Shown here piece by piece: positions 58,191 through 64,000 of a stretch of DNA of 64,000 nucleotides. Location of the stretch: contig CM082594.2 in the NCBI GenBank assembly GCA_040954595.2, forward strand, positions 2,463,219 to 2,527,218, given 5' to 3'. The number at the start of each line of letters is the position of its first letter. Positions within the stretch are counted from its first letter, which is position 1. The notes under the pieces are model-generated. The model was not told the DNA's origin and did no database searches. It worked only from the letters and a program-made list of their open reading frames with translations. Made by a program: the position numbers and the translations under genes. Source of the DNA: Balanoglossus misakiensis (lineage: Eukaryota; Animalia; Hemichordata).

Positions 58191-59615
58191 ATGGCTGTGT
58201 CCAAAATATCAATTCAAGAGCGAAGCATTTATGTGCAACACTTGCCTTTTGAATGTACAAAGAAACATTTTAGAGAATTTATCGAGTTACAGCTTGGTTT
58301 GGCCCAGGTTGATCAAATTTATATTTCTGATAAAGATTCCGCTTTTGTCATATTTGAGAATATAGAATCAGCCACAGCCGCTCTGCCAGTAATACATAAA
58401 AGCACTTTTGAAGAAAGCAAATTACGGGCAAGTCGTGTGACCACAGCCCGAGGGTTGGAACTGTGGCATTTAATTGAGGAAACCGAACAAAGTACTGGCC
58501 TAGATTACAATGAAACCAGTGATCCCAAGACATCCAAACCCAAAGCAGATGTACAGGAAATTATTAACATGTGGAGTTTACTGTCTGAAGCAGATAGGAA
58601 AGCGGTTGCACAGGCCATATCACCTGCTCCACTGAAACCAATCGTATCAACCCCTATGCCACAGCCGATTCCATTTCCAGCATTTCCAGTACCAACTTCA
58701 GTTGCAGATTCTTCACCATTTATTATGTCTTCACCTGCCCAAGCAGCTGCTGCACAGCCAGCCACAGCCACTACTGCTTTTCACTCGGTGGAATTCCCAA
58801 GAATAGTCGTCTTCTCTGGCAAAGGTGATGTCACTTATGAAATGTGGCGATATGAAGTTCGAGCACTACAGAGGGAGAATGTGTTTCCGGAGACCATAAT
58901 TATGCAGGCTGTTCGGAAATCCCTACGAGCGTCCGCTGCTGAAGTCCTACTACATATGGGAGAAGACATCACAGTGTCCCGATTGATGGCGAAGATGGAC
59001 ATGGTCTTTGGGAAAGTATTGCCACCGGAAGCAGTTTTGGAAAAATTCTATACAGCACGACAAACGAAGACAGAAAAGGTAGCAGAATGGGCCTGTCGCA
59101 TCGAAGGACTTTTGGATGAACTCAGATCAGGTCAGTCCATCTCTAGTAATTCAGAAGAAACCATGCTTCGAACCAAATTCTTTTCTGGCCTGTCAGATGA
59201 GCACATTAAGAATGCAATCAGACACCGATATGATACGGGAGAAGATTATTCAGGATTGTTGCTAGCCGCAAGAAAGCTTGAAGTAAATAGGGAGACCACT
59301 ACCAGGGTTCACCAAGCAACTGTTGCTGACAAGACGATGATAACCAAATTGGAGGAACTTACCAAAGGTCTGAAGAACTTAGCTGAGAAGGTTGCTGAAC
59401 TAGAGAAGCGAACTTCAACATCATCAACTCCAGAGTCTACTTTTCGCCGACGTGTCAACAATGAAAATGGCCGGGATCGGCGTGGCAACGATGGAACTCG
59501 CCAACCCAAACAAGTTTTCCCAGGCAACTGCTTCAAGTGTGGTGAACATGGACACAAAAAGACAGACTGTCCTTTAAATGGGGAGCGACCAGGCATCCGG
59601 AGGGACATGCGCTAG
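58191..59615 (+). CDS. gag: Gypsy Gag: RRM-like N-terminus, PNMA-like capsid, CCHC knuckle
   Basis: RNP-like motifs IYVQHL and SAFVIF; FSG..YEMWRYEV..VRKSLR capsid region; CFKCGEHGHKKTDC. Confidence 0.9.
   Translation: MAVSKISIQERSIYVQHLPFECTKKHFREFIELQLGLAQVDQIYISDKDSAFVIFENIESATAALPVIHKSTFEESKLRASRVTTARGLELWHLIEETEQSTGLDYNETSDPKTSKPKADVQEIINMWSLLSEADRKAVAQAISPAPLKPIVSTPMPQPIPFPAFPVPTSVADSSPFIMSSPAQAAAAQPATATTAFHSVEFPRIVVFSGKGDVTYEMWRYEVRALQRENVFPETIIMQAVRKSLRASAAEVLLHMGEDITVSRLMAKMDMVFGKVLPPEAVLEKFYTARQTKTEKVAEWACRIEGLLDELRSGQSISSNSEETMLRTKFFSGLSDEHIKNAIRHRYDTGEDYSGLLLAARKLEVNRETTTRVHQATVADKTMITKLEELTKGLKNLAEKVAELEKRTSTSSTPESTFRRRVNNENGRDRRGNDGTRQPKQVFPGNCFKCGEHGHKKTDCPLNGERPGIRRDMR
59573..59579 (+). 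promoter_or_regulatory. -1 ribosomal frameshift slippery site T TTA AAT
   Basis: X XXY YYZ pattern in gag phase; the -1 frame is open from here into pol. Confidence 0.75.
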
Positions 59616-62600
59616 GTCGGAACGGTAACGGTCCCTCTAATGTTATTGATTCTTTAATAGGCCACGCCAATGAAACTGAGATTGTGCTGGAAGGATCCTC
59701 GTGTATTGCGCTGATAGACACCGGGTCCATGGTATCTACTGTTGCTGACACTTTTAACAGAGAGAAGCTACAGAAACCAATTCATGACCTGAACAACTTG
59801 GTGAAGGTAGAAGGGGCTAGCGGTACAGAAGTTCCTTACCTTGGTTATATTGAAGTTGAAGTGAAATTCCCAGATAGCCATGGACAAGAGATGTCTAAAG
59901 ATATATTATTGCTTGTTGTTGAAGACACGGAATATAATCAGATGGTTCCAGTTGTGATAGGCACAAATGTTCTCCAACATTTTGTGGATGAAGATACACA
60001 GTACAGTACAGACCTATCCTCAGTATGGAGACTAGCATACCAAGCGACTATCCACCGGCAGAGGGCCGAAGGTAGGACATTTACAGTTACCACTACTAAA
60101 CCCACAACCATTGGACCATACGAACGCACAGTCATCCATGGATTTTGCAGAGTGGACCTAAGAAATTGTCAATCAGTAGTTGTGGTGGAACCAGAAAATG
60201 ACAGACTTTTACCTGGTGGTTTACTTGTTACTCCAGCCGTGTTGAAGTTAGAGCCTCGTGGTAATTCGTGTCGAATCCCAGTAATGGTGACCAACTATGG
60301 AGCACGTGCTGTCACAGTTCCCCCTAAAAGCACCCTATGTAACATGAACTTAGCATCTAATGTCTCACAGCCTTTAGATCCATATGGAGATGATATTGAT
60401 ACAAACTCAGATGGGACCACCTCACCAAAAGTACCCGAGTGGCTGATAAAAGACCTGGGATTACAAGAGGCAGATACAGAATTAACAGAAATCCAGAAAG
60501 ACCAAGCCTTGGCTACCATTGGTAAATGGCAAACCGTGTTCTCTACAGGTGAGAGAGATTTGGGACACACAACATTGGTAACACATTCGATAAAGTTAAC
60601 GGATGAAACCCCCTTTAAAGATAAATACCGTCGAATCCCTATGGGTATGTACGAAGAATTGCAACAGTACCTGCAAGATATGCTACAGAGTGGTGTGATT
60701 AGAGAATCAAACAGCCCGTGGTCCTCAAATGTTGTATGTGTCAGAAAACCTGATGGGAAGCTGAGGGTGTGTATTGATTATAGACGTCTCAACGCCAAAA
60801 CCATTAAAGACGCTTACGCATTACCCCGGGTATTGGATACGCTTGATAACCTTAGTAACGCCGAGTGGTTTTCATCGCTTGATCTACGGTCTGGATATTA
60901 CCAAGTAGAGATGGCGGAAGACGACAAAGCGAAGACAGCTTTCACGGTGGGAAACTTCGGCTTATTTGAATTCAACCGTATGTCTATGGGTCTGACCAAC
61001 GCACCTGCAACTTTCCAGCGTCTCATGGAGAAGTGTTTTGGAGAATTGGCGTTCAGAGAATGTTGTGTGTATTTAGATGACATCATAGTATTTTCGAAGA
61101 CTTTTGAAGACCACCTCAATAGATTGGAGCGGGTATTCCAGCGGCTGGCATCACATGGATTAAAGTTGAAGGCAACGAAATGTGTTTTATTCCAGAAGAA
61201 GGTGAAATATCTTGGACACGTGGTATCAGCCGACGGAATTACAACGGACCCAGACAAGGTAGCAGCTCTGAAGGAATGGCCAATACCCACTACTGTAACA
61301 GAACTGAGAAGATTTCTTGGATTTGCAGGGTATTACAGGAGATTTATCCAAAGCTACAGTAATATTGCCAAGCCACTTAACGACTTGCTGTGTGGACGTC
61401 AGTCAAGGAATAAGGCGGGAAAATTTGAAAAACTCCAGTGGGGACAACAGGAACAACAAGCTTTCGACACTCTGAGGAAGAGCCTAATGTCGTCACCAAT
61501 ACTAGCCTTTGCTGACTACTCACTTCCATTTGAAATACATACTGATGCAAGTTCCACAGGTCTGGGAGCAGTGCTGTATCAACGCCAGAAAGGTATTCTC
61601 AGAGTAATTGCCTATGCAAGTAGAGGACTCACCAAGTCTGAAAGTAATTATCCAGCTCATAAATTAGAATTTTTGGCACTGAAATGGGCCGTCACCAAGA
61701 AGTTCAACGACTACCTGTATGGAAGCAAATTCACTGTGTTTACAGACAACAACCCTTTGACGTATGTGTTAACTTCTGCGAAACTGGATGCGGTGGGACA
61801 CAGATGGTTGTCAGACTTGTCATTGTACGACTTCTCTATTGTTTACCGGAGTGGTAAGAAGAATATAGAGGCTGACGCTTTGTCTAGGATTCCATGGAAT
61901 AGAGAGAATCCAGAGACGGAAACCAATCTGGGAGCCGATGTAGTCCAGGCGCTTTGTCGAGCAACAGAAGGTCCATACGTAACTTCATTCGGAATGGTAG
62001 CAGATGAGGACAGACCTGCAGTAGTTCAAGGTGGGGATGATGTGTTCTGGAAGACGGAGCAATCCAAAGATTCAACAATACGGTATGTGACTGATCAGCT
62101 TGAAAAGGACCACAAACCACTTATGAGAGATCATACAGGAGATATCAGACTACTTATACGAGATTGGAAACGCCTTGTTCTGAAGAATGGAGTCCTATAC
62201 AGGAAATGCTTCATCGATGATATACAATATTTGCAACTTGTCTTACCAGTACACCATAGAAAAGATGTCCTGGAGGAACTACATGATAAACTTGGACACT
62301 TTGGCCAAGATAAAACCCTGGATCTAGTACGACGAAGATTCTACTGGCCTAGGATGTCGATGGATGTTCAAAAGAAAGTGGAACATTGTTTACCATGCAT
62401 TCGCAGGAAAAGTTCAACTTCCTTACCCAGAACTCCCTTGGTTAATATTCACACATCACAACCGATGGAAATGGTGTGCATCGACTTTCTCCATATACCA
62501 ACACCAGATCAAGGATATAGCAACATATTAGTGATGACGGACCATTTCACTCGATACGCTATAGCAGTACCTACAAAGAACCAGTCTGCCAAAACAACTG

Positions 62601-63832
62601 CCAAAGCATTGTTTGAACATTTGATTTTGCATTATGGGTTCCCAGGACGATTACACAGTGACCAGGGGCGAAACTTTGAGTCGTCTACAATTCAGGAACT
62701 TTGCCGAATAGCAAATATTAAGAAGTCCAGGACCACTCCATACCACCCCCAGGGAAATGGAATGTGCGAACGATTTAATAAGACGTTATTACAGATGCTT
62801 GGAACTATGAATGAAGACAACAAAACAAGATGGGCTTCACATGTCAATACGATGGTTCATGCCTATAATTCTACAAAGCATGAAAGCACCGGATATTCAC
62901 CTTTCTTTTTGATGTTTGGTCGTGAACCAAGACTGCCTATAGATGTATCTGGACATGCAGACCAGACCAACCTAGAATATGGTGGAACAGTTTCAGATTA
63001 TGTGACGAAACTTGCCGAACGGTTGGATTACGCCTATAAAGTAGCAACGGAACGGTCTGTTAAGTCTGGTGAACGGCAGAAGAAGTCATATGATAGAAAA
63101 GTGAAGGTGGCCATAATACAACCTGGTGATACTGTGTTGGTGAAGAATACAGGACCTAAAGACAATTACAAATTGGCAGACCAATGGGAAAAGGATCCAT
63201 ATACAGTGATTTCACAGCCCATAGAAGACATTCCAGTATACGTGGTACAAAAACAAGTTAAGGGTGGAAGGAAGCGGACACTACATAGAAATTTGCTACT
63301 CCCAATACCAATAATTCCGGACGAACTGGATGACGATGTTAACACCAAGATGACGCAGCGTGATGTTAAGCAGAGTGTACCGGGTGTTATCAACGATGCT
63401 ACCCAGGATGCAGTGGACGAAGAGGATGACGGCATTGGTAAATTGCAATTCGTGTCAACTATCAACTTGCCAACAGAACACAATGCTCTTAATCCTACTG
63501 CTGCAGAATTCATCCCATCCAGAAGAGAAAGTTCCCTGATGGACAACCCCACAAGTATGGTTAATCCGGATGGACCTTCTCAAGTACTTACCTCAGATTT
63601 CTCGAATCATATTTTGCAAAGTACGGATGGTTGGTCATCGAGCGATCCAGATGGTATCACTCCTGCTACAACCAACATCAGTCCTGACTCCAGTAGTAGT
63701 ACTCCACCTGAACCACGCTATCCTACACGACAGAGACGACCTCCAGATAGATATAGTCCCGAACAATGGAATCTAAAACAGTTTTCTCATACGACTTTAT
63801 CTTCTATACCATTTATTAATTGCCACTATTAA
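59576..63832 (+). CDS. pol: Gypsy Pol polyprotein (protease, RT, RNase H, integrase)
   Basis: LIDTGS, VYLDDII, HTDASS, HHCC zinc finger, and integrase core CIDFL/HSDQG/GMCERFN; no interruptions. Confidence 0.95.
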   Translation, partial: KWGATRHPEGHALGRNGNGPSNVIDSLIGHANETEIVLEGSSCIALIDTGSMVSTVADTFNREKLQKPIHDLNNLVKVEGASGTEVPYLGYIEVEVKFPDSHGQEMSKDILLLVVEDTEYNQMVPVVIGTNVLQHFVDEDTQYSTDLSSVWRLAYQATIHRQRAEGRTFTVTTTKPTTIGPYERTVIHGFCRVDLRNCQSVVVVEPENDRLLPGGLLVTPAVLKLEPRGNSCRIPVMVTNYGARAVTVPPKSTLCNMNLASNVSQPLDPYGDDIDTNSDGTTSPKVPEWLIKDLGLQEADTELTEIQKDQALATIGKWQTVFSTGERDLGHTTLVTHSIKLTDETPFKDKYRRIPMGMYEELQQYLQDMLQSGVIRESNSPWSSNVVCVRKPDGKLRVCIDYRRLNAKTIKDAYALPRVLDTLDNLSNAEWFSSLDLRSGYYQVEMAEDDKAKTAFTVGNFGLFEFNRMSMGLTNAPATFQRLMEKCFGELAFRECCVYLDDIIVFSKTFEDHLNRLERVFQRLASHGLKLKATKCVLFQKKVKYLGHVVSADGITTDPDKVAALKEWPIPTTVTELRRFLGFAGYYRRFIQSYSNIAKPLNDLLCGRQSRNKAGKFEKLQWGQQEQQAFDTLRKSLMSSPILAFADYSLPFEIHTDASSTGLGAVLYQRQKGILRVIAYASRGLTKSESNYPAHKLEFLALKWAVTKKFNDYLYGSKFTVFTDNNPLTYVLTSAKLDAVGHRWLSDLSLYDFSIVYRSGKKNIEADALSRIPWNRENPETETNLGADVVQALCRATEGPYVTSFGMVADEDRPAVVQGGDDVFWKTEQSKDSTIRYVTDQLEKDHKPLMRDHTGDIRLLIRDWKRLVLKNGVLYRKCFIDDIQYLQLVLPVHHRKDVLEELHDKLGHFGQDKTLDLVRRRFYWPRMSMDVQKKVEHCLPCIRRKSSTSLPRTPLVNIHTSQPMEMVCIDFLHIPTPDQGYSNILVMTDHFTRYAIAVPTKNQSAKTTAKALFEHLILHYGFPGRLHSDQGRNFESSTIQELCRIANIKKSRTTPYHPQGNGMCERFNKTLLQMLGTMNEDNKTRWASHVNTMVHAYNSTKHESTGYSPFFLMFGREPRLPIDVSGHADQTNLEYGGTVSDYVTKLAERLDYAYKVATERSVKSGERQKKSYDRKVKVAIIQPGDTVLVKNTGPKDNYKLADQWEKDPYTVISQPIEDIPVYVVQKQVKGGRKRTLHRNLLLPIPIIPDELDDDVNTKMTQRDVKQSVPGVINDATQDAVDEEDDGIGKLQFVSTINLPTEHNALNPTAAEFIPSRRESSLMDNPTSMVNPDGPSQVLTSDFSNHILQSTDGWSSSDPDGITPATTNISPDSSSSTPPEPRYPTRQRRPPDRYSPEQWNLKQFSHTTLSSIPFINCHY

Positions 63833-63891
63833 TCAAATATCTTTAACTTACTTTAAATGACGAGGACGCCATTTCTCCTCGCAGGGGTGCG

Positions 63892-64000
63892 TGTAACGGC
63901 CTTGTTGATCCATTGAATTTGTATACATGTATATCTGTATGTATGTTATACCTGTATCTTATAGTAATTAGTTATTCAATTATTCATATGACGTAATAGT
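63892..64000 (+). repeat. 3' LTR (partial)
   Basis: Identical to 56473-56581. Confidence 0.92.

Larger units (their letters stand above)
56473..64000 (+). mobile_element. Ty3/Gypsy LTR retrotransposon, apparently intact, 3' LTR cut by the window end
   Basis: 5' LTR, PBS, gag, pol in PR-RT-RH-INT order, purine-rich tract at about 63881-63891, and 3' LTR start at 63892. Confidence 0.96.

Overview
AT-rich, intron-containing eukaryotic (animal-type) DNA; the organism cannot be determined from the sequence. 2.2-48.8 kb is a young tandem amplification of an intronless cytosolic sulfotransferase (SULT) gene, with 4 intact 309-aa copies and 1 5'-truncated copy. The main 11.3-13.3 kb unit is present about 3.1 times (11031-48779). 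Each unit also carries a disabled Ngaro-type tyrosine-recombinase retrotransposon with split direct repeats, an orphan PAN/apple-like exon and a 55-codon signal-peptide ORF. Directly downstream, in convergent orientation, is a minus-strand arylsulfatase-B-like gene that the ORF track misses. Its 13 visible coding exons (49152-56127) splice in phase, and it lacks the lysine equivalent to ARSB K318. An apparently intact Gypsy LTR retrotransposon (56473 to beyond 64000) sits antisense in one of its introns. Several small non-autonomous DNA transposons are also present, including two unclassified elements with CAGTC ends and 5-bp target-site duplications (TSDs). The strongest system-level candidate is a linked sulfation/desulfation locus under copy-number expansion; its function is inferred, not shown.
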